Positions 1 through 15,600 of a DNA stretch of 64,000 nt are shown piece by piece. Under the pieces are notes generated by a model that worked only from the letters and a program-made list of their open reading frames with translations, had not been told where the DNA came from and searched no databases. The DNA is from Eledone cirrhosa (Eukaryota). Numbering within the stretch: the stretch's first letter is position 1; each line of letters begins with the position of its first letter. The DNA is taken from positions 91,946,001 to 92,010,000 of the forward strand of contig OZ024743.1 in NCBI GenBank assembly GCA_964016885.1, in the 5' to 3' direction. The position numbers and the translations under genes were made by a program.

Positions 1-192
1 ATTTATTTATTATTATTTTTATTTTTTTGCTATTACTGTTGTTGTTGTTGTTGCTGTTATAGTTGCTGTTGTTGATATTGCTGCTGTTGTTGTTGCTGCT
101 GCCGTTGTTGTTGTTGTAGTTGTTGTTGTGTATTAGCCAGCATATAAGCCTTAGCCAAGTGGACCTATGATCGATGACTCTCAATCGGTTAT

Positions 193-374
193 AATTGTTT
201 CTACTTTGTGGCACAAGGCCAGCAATTACCCAGTACATTACTGGTACTTTATTTTATCGACCCCGAAAGGATGAAAGGCAAAGTTAACCTCGGCGGGATT
301 TGAACTCAGACTGTAAAGGGACGTAACTATGCTAGAAAGCATGGCGTCCAACCCTCTACCGATACTGCCAATTC
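193..374 (-). mobile_element. tRNA-derived SINE (family 1)
   Basis: Minus strand reads GAATTGGCAGTATCGGTAGAG (A-box-like)...GAGTTCAAATCCCGCC (B box)...GCCTTTCATCCTTTCGGGGTCGATAAAATAAAGTACC; flanked by direct repeat TCGGTTATAAT (TSD); more than 15 copies in the window. Confidence 0.9.
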
Positions 375-405
375 TCGGTTATAATACTGTCTTATTTTTT
401 AAAAC

Positions 406-2971
406 ATGGCTGTATGGTTAAAGAGTTCGTTTGCAAACACGTGGTTCTGATTTGTCCCACAGCACCTTCTACTGAGGTCTCAGGTTGACCAATGGCCTGT
501 GGATGGTTCCCACAGCACCTTCTACTGTAGTCTCCGGTTGACCAATGACCTGTGGATGGTTCCCACAGCACCTTCTACTGTAGTCTCCGGTTGACCAATG
601 ACCTGTGGATGGTTCCCACAGCACCTTCTACTGTAGTCTCCGGTTGACCAATGGCCTGTGAATGGTTCCTACAGCACCTTCTACTGTAGTCTCCGGTTGA
701 CCAATGGCCTGTGGATGGTTCCCACAGCACCTTCTACTGTAGTCTCCGGTTGACCAATGGCCTGTGAATGGTTCCCACAGCACCTTCTACTGTAGTCTCC
801 GGTTGACCAATGGCCTGTGGATGGTTCCCACAGCACCTTCTACTGTAGTCTCCGGTTGACCAATGACCTGTGAATGGTTCCCACAGCACCTTCTACTGTA
901 GTCTCCGGTTGACCAATGGCCTGTGGATGGTTCCCACAGCACCTTCTACTGTAGTCTCCGGTTGACCAATGATCTGTGAATGGTTCCCACAGCACCTTCT
1001 ACTGTAGTCTCCGGTTGACCAATGACCTGTGGATTGTTCCCACAGCACCTTCTACTGTAGTCTCCGGTTGACCAATGACCTGTGGATTGTTCCCACAGCA
1101 CCTTCTACTGTAGTCTCCGGTTGATCAATGGCCTGTGGATGGTTCCCACAACACCTTCTACTGTAGTCTCCGGTTGACCAATGACCTGTGGATGGTTCCC
1201 ACAGCACCTTCTACTGTAGTCTCCGGTTGACCAATGACCTGTGGATTGTTCCCACAGCACCTTCTACTGTAGTCTCCGGTTGACCAATGATCTGTGGATG
1301 GTTCCCACAGCATCTTCTACTGTAGTCTCCGGTTGACCAATGACCTGTGGATGGTTCCCACAGCACCTTCTACTGTAGTCTCCGGTTGACCAATGACCTG
1401 TGAATGGTTCCCACAGCACCTTCTACTGTAGTCTCCGGTTGACCAATGACCTGTGAATGGTTCCCACAGCACCTTCTACTGTAGTCTCCGGTTGACCAAT
1501 GACCTGTGAATGGTTCCCACAGCACCTTCTACTGTAGTCTCCGGTTGACCAATGACCTGTGGATTGTTCCCACAGCACCTTCTACTGTAGTCTCCGGTTG
1601 ACCAATGACCTGTGAATGGTTCCCACAGCACCTTCTACTGTAGTCTCCGGTTGACCAATGACCTGTGAATGGTTCCCACAGCACCTTCTACTGTAGTCTC
1701 CGGTTGACCAATGACCTGTGAATGGTTCCCACAGCACCTTCTACTGTAGTCTCCGGTTGACCAATGACCTGTGGATTGTTCCCACAGCACCTTCTACTGT
1801 AGTCTCCGGTTGACCAATGACCTGTGAATGGTTCCCACAGCACCTTCTACTGTAGTCTCCGGTTGACCAATGACCTGTGAATGGTTCCCACAGCACCTTC
1901 TACTGTAGTCTCCGGTTGACCAATGACCTGTGAATGGTTCCCACAGCACCTTCTACTGTAGTCTCCGGTTGACCAATGACCTGTGGATTGTTCCCACAGC
2001 ACCTTCTACTGTAGTCTCCGGTTGACCAATGACCTGTGGATGGTTCCCACAGCACCTTCTACTGTAGTCTCCGGTTGACCAATGACCTGTGAATGGTTCC
2101 CACAGCACCTTCTACTGTAGTCTCCGGTTGACCAATGACCTGTGAATGGTTCCCACAGCACCTTCTACTGTAGTCTCCGGTTGACCAATGACCTGTGAAT
2201 GGTTCCCACAGCACCTTCTACTGTAGTCTCCGGTTGACCAATGACCTGTGGATTGTTCCCACAGCACCTTCTACTGTAGTCTCCGGTTGACCAATGGCCT
2301 GTGGATGGTTCCCACAGCACCTTCTACTGTAGTCTCCGGTTGACCAATGGCCTGTGGATGGTCCCCACAGCACCTTCTACTGTAGTCTCCGGTTGACCAA
2401 TGGCCTGTGAATGGTTCCCACAGCACCTTCTACTGTAGTCTCCGGTTGACCAATGACCTGTGGATGGTTCCCACAGCACCTTCTACTGTAGTCTCCGGTT
2501 GACCAATGGCCTGTGAATGGTTCCCACAGCACCTTCTACTGTAGTCTCCGGTTGACCAATGACCTGTGGATGGTTCCCACAGCACCTTCTACTGTAGTCT
2601 CCGGTTGACCAATGGCCTGTGGATGGTTCCCACAGCACCTTCTACTGTAGTCTCCGGTTGACCAATGGCCTGTGGATGGTCCCCACAGCACCTTCTACTG
2701 TAGTCTCCGGTTGACCAATGGCCTGTGAATGGTTCCCACAGCACCTTCTACTGTAGTCTCCGGTTGACCAATGACCTGTGAATGGTATTTCGGCGAGGGA
2801 GATTGCAGAACAATGTCTATGTGTATATAAGTGTGCATGAATGCATGTGTGTGCATGTATATGTGTGCGTGTGTGTGTGTATGTGATTGCGTGTGTCTCT
2901 GTATGTGATTGTGTGAATGTGTGTGTGTGTGTGAGGGCTTGGGTATGTGTGAGAGTGATTGTGTATGTAGG

Positions 2972-3048
<77 letters not shown>

Positions 3049-3385
3049 TGTGTGTGTGTGTGTATGTGTGTGTGTGTGTGTGTGTTACGTGTGTGTGTGA
3101 GTGTGTGTGTGAGTGTGTGAGTGTATGTGTGTGAGTGTGTGAGTGTGTGTGTGTGAGTGCGTGTGAATGTGTGTGTGTGAGAGTGTGTGTCTGTATTTAT
3201 GTTTATTTCTATTTGTAAGTTTATATCCCGTAACTTAGCAGTTCGACATAAAAGAGATTGATAAAATAATTGCCAGACTTAAAAAATAATGATTTAGGTT
3301 GATCGATATGATCGACTAAAATACGTTGATGCCCCAGCATGACCGCAGTCTAATGGTTGACCACAGTAGAAAGATAAAAGATAGA
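406..3385 (+). mobile_element. tRNA-derived SINE (family 2) expanded by an internal satellite and (TG)n
   Basis: Head TGGCTGTATGGTTAA at about 408; tail CCCGTAACTTAGCAGTTCG...CCCCAGCATGACCGCAGTC...AAAGATAAAAGA at 3226-3383; the same head and tail occur in the minus-strand copy at 34450-34817. Confidence 0.7.
456..2787. repeat. 53-bp tandem satellite, 44 near-identical units
   Basis: Unit CCCACAGCACCTTCTACTGTAGTCTCCGGTTGACCAATGRCCTGTGRATKGTT; unit starts at 456, 509 ... 2735. Confidence 0.98.
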
Positions 3386-4473
3386 ATGCCTATATTAATT
3401 AGCCTTGGTACACACGTCTCAATTCATTTTTAAGGCGCTAGGCAACCGGATAGGGGCTCACTGCGGATCCAAATCAGAGGGGTGTCCTCTCTCTCACTCT
3501 CACCCCCTTCTTTCTCTCACCCTCTCTATCTCACCTTCTCTCTCACCCTCTCTCTCTTTGACTCTCTTTCATCCTCTCTCTCGCTTTCTCCCACCTCTCT
3601 CTCTCTCTCTCTCTCTCTATCTCACCATCTCTCTCTCTGACTCTCTCTCATCCTCTCTCTCTCATTATCTCACCCCTTCTCTCTACTCTCTCCCTCTCTC
3701 TCACCCTCTCTCTCTCTCACTCTCTCTCTCTCTCTCTCTCATTCCACCAACCTATGATAAATGATAACGAAGAGTATGAAGTGTGAAGTGTTATGTTTGA
3801 ATGCATCATTTGTATGTGTGTGAGTGCGTGCGTGTACGTGTGCCTATGTGTGTGTATGTGTGTGTGCCCGTATGTCCCTTCGTATGTGTGTGTATGTGTG
3901 TATGTGTGCCTGTGTGTGCCTGTTTGTGCCTGTGTATGTGTGTGTGTCTCTGTGTATGTGCCTGTGTGTATGTGTGAATATGCTTGTGTGCCTGTTTGTG
4001 TATGTGTGTGTGTGTGTATGCGTGTGCCTATGTATGTATGTGTATGTATTGTGTATGTGTGTATATATATGCCTGAGTGTGTCTGTCTGTGCGTGTGTCT
4101 GTCTGTGCCTCTGTGTGTGTGTGCCTGTATGTGTGTGTGCATATGTGTGTGTGTGTATGTGCGCGATTGTTTGTGCCTGTGTGTGTAGATATATGTGTGT
4201 GCCTGTCTGTATGTGTGTGTGTATGGCTGTATGTGTGCATGTGTGTGTAGGTGTGCGTGTGGCCGTGCCTATGTGTGTATTTATATGTGTGTGTGCCTGT
4301 CTGTATGTGTGTATGTCTGTATGTGTGCATGTGTGTGTGTGTGTGCGTGTGGCCGTGCCTATGTGTGTATTTATATGTGTGTGTGTGTGTGTGTGTGTGC
4401 CTGTCTGTGTGTGTGTATGTCTGTATGTGTGCATGTGTGTATGTGTGCGTGTGGCCGTGCCTATGTGTGTATT

Positions 4474-4560
<87 letters not shown>

Positions 4561-4633
4561 CTTTTCAATGTGATGTATTGTTTGGCCATTAGCTTCTATG
4601 TCAACACCGTCTGGTCACTGAAATCTCTGTCAT

Positions 4634-5583
<950 letters not shown>

Positions 5584-5752
5584 TGAGAATCAATTCAAAT
5601 AACAGAACCACAGTCAGTTGAGCAATATTGGTTCCGCATCAGATACTCTACCAAAGTCCCAAAGTCCTCAGATTTCTTCACAGTTTGTTCACCGTTAAAG
5701 CCATCGCCTCAAACTTAATTAAACACACACTGGTTCATATTACTGACCGACA

Positions 5753-5793
5753 CCGCCCCCTACTTCCTGTCTCTCACTTTCGCTTTCACTTTC
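5753..5793 (-). promoter_or_regulatory. Candidate cis-module: triple IRF/ISRE-like + ETS + GC box
   Basis: Minus strand GAAAGTGAAAGCGAAAGT, ACAGGAAGT and GGGGGCGG within 41 bp; motif match only. Confidence 0.3.
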
Positions 5794-6841
5794 ATATTTA
5801 TTTTCTTCTTTTATTTCTTTTCCTCACAACTCATGTTTCCCTCATTCATTTCTTTCTTTGTTTGTTTGCTTGTTCATTTTTATTCTATTTACTCCTTTAC
5901 TTCGTCTTTTTCTGGTCTTCTTTTACGTTCTCCTCTCGTGCGTGAAGCCCCACCGCCACCCCCACCAAAGTACATATCAACACATACACACATACACACA
6001 TACACACATACACACATACACACATAATAATACTAAAAACAACAACAACAATTACTATTATTTGTATTATTATCATTATTATCATTATTATTATTATCAT
6101 CATCATCATCATCATAATCATTATCATCATCATAATCATTATCATCATCATAATCATTATTCATTTATTTGTTTATTATTAATATTATCATCATCCTCAT
6201 CATCATAATCATCATCATCATCATGATCAATATTTATTTATTATTATTATCATCATTATTATCATTATTATTGTTGTTATTATTAATATTTATATCAGTA
6301 ACATAACAACAACAATAATAACAACATGATCTACGTCTGACAAATTAATTACATCGGTTGTGTTTTTCAATGGAATTAGTTTGTTTACAAGAGGTCTGTG
6401 ACCATTAACAGGAAATCACCCCCAAATCAACAGTTCCACACTCCCATCAAACAAAAATATATTGAATGATCACCAAAATACTTGAACCATTCTTTCATTT
6501 AGTCTCTTTTCATTTTTCTTTGTTGTTTATTTTTTTTATTCATCTTTTGATTTCTTTTTTTCAATTGTCTTTCTTTGGATTTTTGTTATTTTGGTTTCAT
6601 TTTTCTTTTTTCTTTTGTCTTTTCTTAATACATTTTTCTTTTTTGTTTGTTAAGGCCTCCTATGTCGTCGCTAAAGGCGGTGAAGTGGCAGAGTTGTTAG
6701 AATGTCAGCTAATATGCTTCGAGGTGTTCGTTTTAGTCTGCAGAACTCTGAGGAGTTGAGATCCCGCCCAAATCAACTACGCTTTTCTTCCTCCGATGTC
6801 GATTCTTTCTCTATGTCTCTTTCTCACTTCTTCACAAACAA

Positions 6842-6878
<37 letters not shown>

Positions 6879-7076
6879 AAGAAGAAGAAGAAGAAGAAGA
6901 AGAAGAAGAAGAAGAAATCGGCTGTGTTCAAACCTCCAGTGGGATGGATTCTGCCAGGTTTAAATACCCAGGACATGGCGCCCTAAATATCGTCGCTAAT
7001 GTCGTAGCTGATATTTTTTGTCGCATCAGAATTAATAATTCAATTATATTTGGTACTGATCAGTTGCAACATATTT

Positions 7077-7202
<126 letters not shown>

Positions 7203-7393
7203 TATAGATATATAAATAATACAGCTTAAAATATTCTGTGACTGTATGGTTAAGGATTTCCCTTTGGCAACACGTGGTTTTGGGCTCTGTCCTACTGTGT
7301 GGTTCATGAGATTCCACAACGGAAGTACCATATGTCCACGAGCTAAGTTGATATTTTCAAGAACTTTATTCTAAACATAAATTATGCATACTA

Positions 7394-7520
7394 CTGAGTA
7401 TAAAGGTTTTAATATAGAAGAGCTTCTACAGGACTAGAACTGTTTCATTCATGAGAAATCATATGATTTCTCACGAATGAAACAGTTCTAGTCCTGTAGA
7501 AGCTCTTCTATATTAAAACT
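7394..7520. mobile_element. Fold-back PLE terminus, HHR family A (core truncated)
   Basis: Palindrome AGAAGAGCTTCTACAGGACTAGAACTGTTTCATTC...GAATGAAACAGTTCTAGTCCTGTAGAGCTCTTCT centred at about 7462, abutting (TA)n. Confidence 0.8.
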
Positions 7521-7585
7521 ATATATATATATTTATACATATATATATATATATATGGTCGGAGCTCAGCTGTCGGGGTGAATCT

Positions 7586-7961
7586 TGTCCCCACATCACC
7601 AACACCACCACCTTCCAGGGTCCCAACGGCCACCCTCTCTCGGTCCGGCATGCCTTCCGCTGCACCTCCTCCAACCTAGTCTACGGACTTCGTTGCACGA
7701 GGTGCAGCGCGACTTATGTCGGACAGACGGGACGCCGCCTGGCGGACCGAGTCACGGAGCACCTCCGGGACATTCGTCTCGGGGGCAGTTCCCCCATCGC
7801 CCGCCACTTTGGTGGCCCTGGACACTCCGCACACCATCTCACAGTCTGTGGCCTACTCCAGTGCCACGGAACACCCGCCCATCGCCTCACGGTCGAACAA
7901 CGTACTATCTTCATCTTACAGACCCCCCCCCGGCCTGAACTCCCCACCCTTATTCCTTTAG
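7586..7961 (+). pseudogene. Penelope-like (Neptune-type) GIY-YIG endonuclease C-terminus
   Basis: Frame from 7586 (not in the ORF track): CPHIT...FRCTSSNLVYGLRCTRCSATYVGQTGRRLADRVTEHLRDIR...PIARHF...H...EQRTIFIL, +1 frameshift in poly-C, then PPGLN. Confidence 0.92.
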
Positions 7962-9188
7962 CGTTCGACCGCCCCCCTCCCCCACTTATCCCCCACTAAC
8001 ACCACTAACACACCCCTCCTTTTCACCGCCCACCCCACACTAACAATACTAACACCCCCACTCCACCCCTCATCTAACCACCCTTCCCCAACTAACATAC
8101 TAACATCCCTTCCCTCCCCTCTTCTCCTCCTCCCCCCTCCTTATCACACGCACACACTTACACCACCCACCCCACACGCAACTAACATCACTAACACCCT
8201 CCAACCCCACGCACACGTACCCACACACCCTCGTACACCACCAACTCTACACACCCTACCCCCACTAACCCCCACTCACACCTGCATTCCACCCCTCCCC
8301 ACCTCCCGTCTACTAACACCCACTAACACCTCCTCACCAAACTACACACACACACCAGTACACCACACTCCCTCCATAGAACCACACACACCCTTCTCTC
8401 CCCACTCCACACTCACTCATCCCACTAACACCCCTACTAATACACACACACACACACACCCTCCTCACTCCAACTCTCACACCTACCCATCCTCGCCTCC
8501 CTACCATTCCGCTGACTGCTGCTATGCCCTTCCGAACACTGTCTCAGCACCCACTGACCACAGCACTCCCACTGCTGACCACTTCCTGTTGCGCGCGCAC
8601 CCCACATCTCTCCTCTTCCGACCACCGCTTCTTGGATTACCCACACGCGTTTTGACTTCCAACCAAAATCTCCATACATCCGTGTAACTTACCACTTTTC
8701 AACCATCCTCTAACACCATCACCTATATAACTCACCCACACACACATCCCACAACAAATTTTTTTATCCACACGCCACCCACACCTACAACACGCTTAAA
8801 CCACACACACGTGCTTCCCACCACATATTTACACCCTCAGCCCCCTGATTCCTCTCCCCCCACCTCCTATCCACACACGCACACCTAACCACACACACCA
8901 CCTTCAGCCCTCCTCGCTCGGACACCCCGTCTCCCTCTCCCCACTCCACCCGCTTCCACCTCTACTCACCCCACACCCTTCCACCACCTGTTTACCCCCC
9001 TTTTAATTTCAGTTTATTTTGATCATGCCTTTATTTTTAAATGTTCTCATTCCTTGTATTTTGATCATGCTTTATTTTTATTTATTATTTATTATATTTT
9101 TGTCTTTATTTGTTAATTTTTCATTCGCACCGTTTCCTTTCGCTATATGTCTCTCCACCACTCCCCTACACACCTTTTGAACTCTTAC

Positions 9189-9219
9189 CTGAAGAAGGGC
9201 TTATGCCCGAAACGTCGTC
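9189..9219 (+). ncRNA. Hammerhead ribozyme core (minimal; stem I not evident)
   Basis: CTGAAGA A GGGC ttat GCCC GAAAC gtc GTC. Confidence 0.65.
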
Positions 9220-9303
9220 CTCCACCTACCCCCCACTCTCCTGAGCGTGAATCTAATAAACATTTGTCGTACTGCCTCTCTGTTCTGTCCCTGTTCAATT
9301 TTT

Positions 9304-10015
<712 letters not shown>

Positions 10016-10399
10016 ATATATATATACATACATATATTCTGTTCTTGATTGTTTTGTTAATGTAGAATATCGAGGGTGGTGCATTTTGCAGAATCGTTAG
10101 AGCGAAATAATCTTTCGTCCTCATTGAGTTGACAGAATAATATACCAGTAAAGTATTGGGGTCATTAGAATCGATTTTTTTTCTCCTCGCAAAATGATGG
10201 TCTTCACCCGAAATAAGACTCCATTACTACTATATAATAGACAGGTGAGTAAATGTGGCGGGGGCCCTTAGAAAAACTCATTTACATAAAAGGGGTCCTT
10301 TGGATAGAGAAAATGGGGGCCGCTGTTCAATAGACATAGATTGGCCAATGTCTTGTGAGAGAAATTTGGTCTAAGGATACTTCAGAAGAACGTCCTATA

Positions 10400-10448
<49 letters not shown>

Positions 10449-10451
<3 letters not shown>

Positions 10452-10596
10452 TCAGACTTCTATTTGTACAACCCCCCTCCCATATATATATATATAGGAG
10501 GGGGATTGTACAAATAGAAGTCTGATGAGCTTTTAATTCCAGAGTCGGGTCCGATCGATAGAGCTCGAACTTTCAGCTGATCATCACTTATTATTA

Positions 10597-10600
<4 letters not shown>
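10449..10600 (+). mobile_element. Fold-back PLE terminus, HHR family E (3' half deleted)
   Basis: AGAAGTCTGATGAGCTTTTAATTCCAGAGTCGGG matches 50626-50660; inverted arm ATCATCAGACTTCTATTTGTACAA around a (TA)n loop. Confidence 0.7.
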
Positions 10601-10676
<76 letters not shown>

Positions 10677-10800
10677 GTATATGTGTGTGTGTGTATGTGT
10701 GTAAAAGGTAAACAGAAATAACAACATACATACACACACATATATTATAAATACATATATATTATATATATATAAGCCGTCGTACATATATGTGTGTGTG

Positions 10801-10831
<31 letters not shown>

Positions 10832-11338
10832 CCATATGTGTGCGTATGTATATACATGTTGGTAATGGTGTCAATAGACAGACAGACAGGCAGGCAGCAG
10901 ACCTAATGACAGGCACATTGCCAGATTATTGGTGCAGTTGATTGGGATCGGCTTATCACAATTTGACAGCTTGTAGTATATAATAAATACAATACAATAC
11001 AATATAATAAATACAATATAATACAATATAATAAATACAAGACAATACAATATAATAAATACAATATAATACAATACAATACAGTACAGTACAGTACAGT
11101 ACAATAAAATAACTTTGAAATCCTTAAGACGATATTAAACGGTGGGGTTTTATGGCTAATTAACAAAGAGGAAACAGTGAGAAATGGGAGTATAAAGGAA
11201 GAGAGGAAGTTTCGGGGATTTAGAGAGGTCTAATACTTCGACAATAACCCTTTACAGAGAAACACATTCATACTCACATACAGTATATACAACAACCACT
11301 CAGACGTTTACATACACCTAATTCACACATACATACAG

Positions 11339-11441
<103 letters not shown>

Positions 11442-11485
11442 TTCAATGTCTATTTGAGTAATTGTGTGTGTGTATATATATATAT

Positions 11486-11969
11486 TGGACATCCTGCAGG
11501 ACTAAAAACAAAACCTGTCAAAGAGCAAAGGAGCTCTTAAGAGTCAATGGCCATCCAAAATCACCGGGAGAGATGACCCCTTAGCTTTTGTCAAGGCAGA
11601 ATTCTAGAAGGAAAATTCTGATATAACACCTTCAACCCTGATGGTATCCAATGATGTTGACTTGTTCTTCTTTTTGGTAAATATCATCTTGGTTAAGAGA
11701 GTGGGACTGGCTTTGTGCAATGCCTTTGCTCACTATAAAAGCTTCACGGCACAGGCATTGCTTTATATCTGGAGATCTCACTGCACTTGTCGTCACATGG
11801 TACCATGGGCCCAGCACTATGTGTCAATAATTGTCATAAGTGTAGTGTTTGTACCAGAGTTTTCAAGTCGCTGGCTGGACTAAAAAGTCACACTCGTTCA
11901 GCGCATCGGTAAGGGTTCTCCTACATGGATATAAAGTAGTGGTCGTACTCGAAAACGAGTTGGCAGCCA

Positions 11970-11972
<3 letters not shown>
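11486..11972 (+). mobile_element. RTE-derived non-autonomous retroelement, 5'-truncated
   Basis: Near-identical to 18655-19260; 3' part encodes CSVCTRVFKSLAGLKSHTRSAHR* (C2H2 finger). Confidence 0.7.
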
Positions 11973-12012
<40 letters not shown>

Positions 12013-12014
12013 TA

Positions 12015-12140
12015 AGTTATTCCGGGTTGAATCGGAGGTAACCACAGTAAGTAAGGTACTCAATACATAGCAGAGTATAAAAGTTTTAATATAGATGAGA
12101 TTCTACAGGACTAGAACTGTTTCATTCTTTAGAAATCATA
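12015..12140 (-). mobile_element. PLE terminus, HHR family A (partial)
   Basis: Same tail as 24377-24500 (GTTATTCCGGGTTGAATCGGAGGTAACCACAGTAAGTAAGGTACTCAATAC...); another degenerate fold-back copy at 12398-12480. Confidence 0.8.
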
Positions 12141-12191
12141 TATAATTATGGTTTCCCGATGGCGATCGGAAAGAAATCACAGTTAAATAAG

Positions 12192-12352
12192 AGTTTCTAC
12201 TTTTGGCAAGGCCAGCGATTACCGCAGTACATCACTGGTACTTTATTTTATCGACTCCGTAAGGATAAAGGCAAAGTTAACCTCGGCGGATTTGAACTCA
12301 GAATACAAAGGGCCGCAATGCATGGTGTCTGACACTCTACCGATACTGCCAA
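12192..12352 (-). mobile_element. SINE family 1
   Basis: Homologous to 193-374; TSD CACAGTTAAATAAG. Confidence 0.85.
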
Positions 12353-12553
12353 ACCACAGTTAAATAAGGTATTGTGTATTTTCGTAGAGAAGAAATGACT
12401 TCTACAGGACTAGAGGTGTTTTAATCGTGTGAAATCATGAAATGATTTCATACGAATGAAACAGCTCTAGTCCTGTAGACGTTATATTACTTTGATAACT
12501 TTGATAGGTTTCGGCCAGTATTGGCCATGTCTGACTTAATAGCACCACCTGGT

Positions 12554-12586
<33 letters not shown>

Positions 12587-12609
12587 CTAAATATATATGT
12601 ATATGTACA

Positions 12610-12656
<47 letters not shown>

Positions 12657-12713
12657 GTATATAATATATATATAAATGAAAATATAGAAATTAATGTGAG
12701 CAAGGAGCCAACA

Positions 12714-12766
<53 letters not shown>

Positions 12767-12930
12767 CCTTCACTGACACACGCCTGTGAGGGAGATAAAC
12801 ACAGCCATGTTAATTAAAAAAGGGGGATTAAGGCTCAACTAATCTTAGTTTCAAACAAGCAGCTGTTGTTTAAAGAATCCCAGATAATTAACAGACCTGA
12901 ACGGCTGGCTAACCTTGTCAACCTGGCTTT

Positions 12931-12994
<64 letters not shown>

Positions 12995-13199
12995 CTCCGT
13001 CGTCAGTCTGTCTGTCTGTCTGTATGTCTCTCTGCTTGTCTGTCTGTCTGTCTGCTTGTCTGTCTGTCTGTCTGTCTGCTTGTCTGTCTGTCTACCTGTC
13101 TATCTGTATGTCCATCAGCCTGCCTACCTATCGGTTGTCAGTGTCCACCTCACTGTTAGTCGGTGTGTCTGTCTGACTGTCTACCTATCAGGCTGTCTA

Positions 13200-13556
13200 T
13201 CTTCTTCTTCTTCTTCTTCTTCTTCTTCTTCTTCTTCTTCTTCTTCTTCTTCTTCTTCTTCTTCTTCTTCTTCTTCTTCTTCTTCTTCTTCTTCTCCCAC
13301 CTCTTCATGGGAGGGTCGTGGGGGCAAAGTCCTCAAACACTTCTACCAGCAGGTCCTGTCAGAAGCAACCGTCTCCAACTGATCCGGCTGGAACCCCAAG
13401 TGTGACCAGCCAAGCTGGATGTTATCCAACCATCTTGCTCGGGGTCTACTCCTGGGTCTCCCACCGGCTGGTTTTGCTCATAAAATTTGTCCAGTGATTC
13501 TTTCCTGAGACATTCTAACCACATGGCCATAGTGTCAGAGTTGTGATCTCGCAATT
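13200..13556 (-). mobile_element. RTE-clade LINE 3' end with (GAA)n tail
   Basis: Minus-strand translation HYGHVVRMSQERITGQIL*AKPAGGRPRSRPRARWLDNI...LETVASDRTCW, typical of the RTE C-terminus; second copy at 46312. Confidence 0.85.
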
Positions 13557-14067
13557 CGGAGAAGTAGCGGCTCTAGAAATCATTAGGGAAGAATATGTAG
13601 AGCGTCGGACAACATTCTTCGTGGTATAGGGTAACGGTCTTTTACGTTCTGACTTCAAATCTTGCGAGGTTAGCTTTGCCTTTTATCCTTACGGGGTCGA
13701 TAAAATAAAATACCAGTCACGCACTGAGGTCGATTTAATCCCTTCAAATTGCTGGCTTTGAGTGAAAAGTAAAGTTATTATCAAGGCAGAGGTGGTATTT
13801 ATTCTGAGTTCAAATCTTGCCGAGGTCAAGTTTGATTTTCACCTAAGAAATAAAAGGGAAAAGATGAAAGTTGCTCAACGCTGACATTGCTTTAACGTTA
13901 TTATTGTCTGAATTATTGCTGTCATCAGCTTGGTTGTTTTCATGAATGTCGTCACTATTCTCCTCCTCTTCCTTATCATCATCATCATCATCCTCATCAT
14001 CATCGCCACCACCAACATCATCCTCATCCTCATCGTCTTCATTAGCATCATCATCATCATCATCATT

Positions 14068-14101
<34 letters not shown>

Positions 14102-14397
14102 CCACCACCACCAACATCATCCTCATTCTCATCGTCTTCATTAACATCTTCATCATCATCATTGTCATCATCATCATCATCATCACCACCACCAACATCA
14201 TCCTCATCCTCATCGTCTTCATTAACATCATCATCATCATCATCATCATCATCATTGCCATCACCATCGTAGTTATCTTCGCTATCATCGATCGTTATTG
14301 ACATCATGTCTACTCCTGTCAACCATCGTCAGTCATATCGTAATGGTTGCCGTGGTCACCGTCGTCGTTATCACCTTTGTCATCATCATCACCTTCA

Positions 14398-14588
14398 AAG
14401 GGCGGTGAATTAGTAGTATCGGTAGAGGGTCTGACGCCATGCTTTCCAGCAAAGAGTTACGTCCCTTTACGGTCTGAGTTCAAATCCCGCCGAGGTTCAC
14501 TTTGCCTTTCATCCTTACGGGGGTCGATAAAATAAAGTACCAGTAATGCACTGAGATGATTGCTGGCCTTGTGCCAAAAGTAGAAACA
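14398..14588 (+). mobile_element. SINE family 1
   Basis: GGCGGTGAATTAGTAGTATCGG...GAGTTCAAATCCCGCC...GGCCTTGTGCCAAAAGTAGAAAC. Confidence 0.9.
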
Positions 14589-14699
14589 ATTATCATCATC
14601 ATCATCATCTACAGCAGCCGTCGTCGTTGCCATCGGTATTGTCGTTGTTGTTGTTGTGGTTATCAACTTCTTTCTGATCGGCGTCATCGTCATCGTCAA

Positions 14700-14724
14700 A
14701 ATGAACACCACCACCACCACCACC

Positions 14725-14758
<34 letters not shown>

Positions 14759-14784
14759 TCATCATCACCACCACCATCACCACC

Positions 14785-14818
<34 letters not shown>

Positions 14819-14865
14819 CCACCACCACCACCACCACCACCACCACCACCACCACCACCACCACC

Positions 14866-14896
<31 letters not shown>

Positions 14897-14922
14897 CCAT
14901 CACCACCACCACCACCACCACC

Positions 14923-14953
<31 letters not shown>

Positions 14954-15600
14954 CCATCACCACCACCACCACCACCACCACCATCATCACCTCCACCACC
15001 ACCACCATCCCCACCACCACCATCACCATCACCATCACTACTGATATCACCACCACCACCATCACCACCACCACCACCACCATCTCCACCACCACCATCA
15101 CCATCACTACTGATACCACCACCACCACCATCACCACCACCACCACCACCATCCCCACCACCACCATCACCATCACCATCACTACTGATATCACCACCAC
15201 CACCATCACCACCACCACCACCACCATCTCCACCACCACCATCACCATCACTACTGATATCACCACCACCACCATCACCACCACCACCACCATCACCACC
15301 ACCACCATCACCACCACCACCACCACCACCACCACCACCACCACCACCACCACCACCATCACCACCACCACCACCACCACCATCACCATCACCACCACCA
15401 TCATCACCACCACCACCACCACCACCATCACCACCACCACCATCACCACCACCACCACCACCACCACCACCATCACCACCACCACCACCACCACCACCAC
15501 CATCATCACCACCACCATCATCACCACCACCATCATCACCATCACCACCACCATCACTACTGACATCACCATTACTAACGCCATCGCCACCTTCATCACC
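14700..15600. repeat. (CAC/CAT)n low-complexity tract
   Basis: Direct reading; similar tracts at 16815-17450, 28825-29860, 54250-54700, 57225-57630 and 63690-64000. Confidence 0.95.

Noticed and set aside
12500-12535. Minus-strand GGCCA-atac-TGGCC-GAAAC hairpin
   Set aside because: The preceding core (CAGACAT) and stems I/III are too degenerate to call a ribozyme
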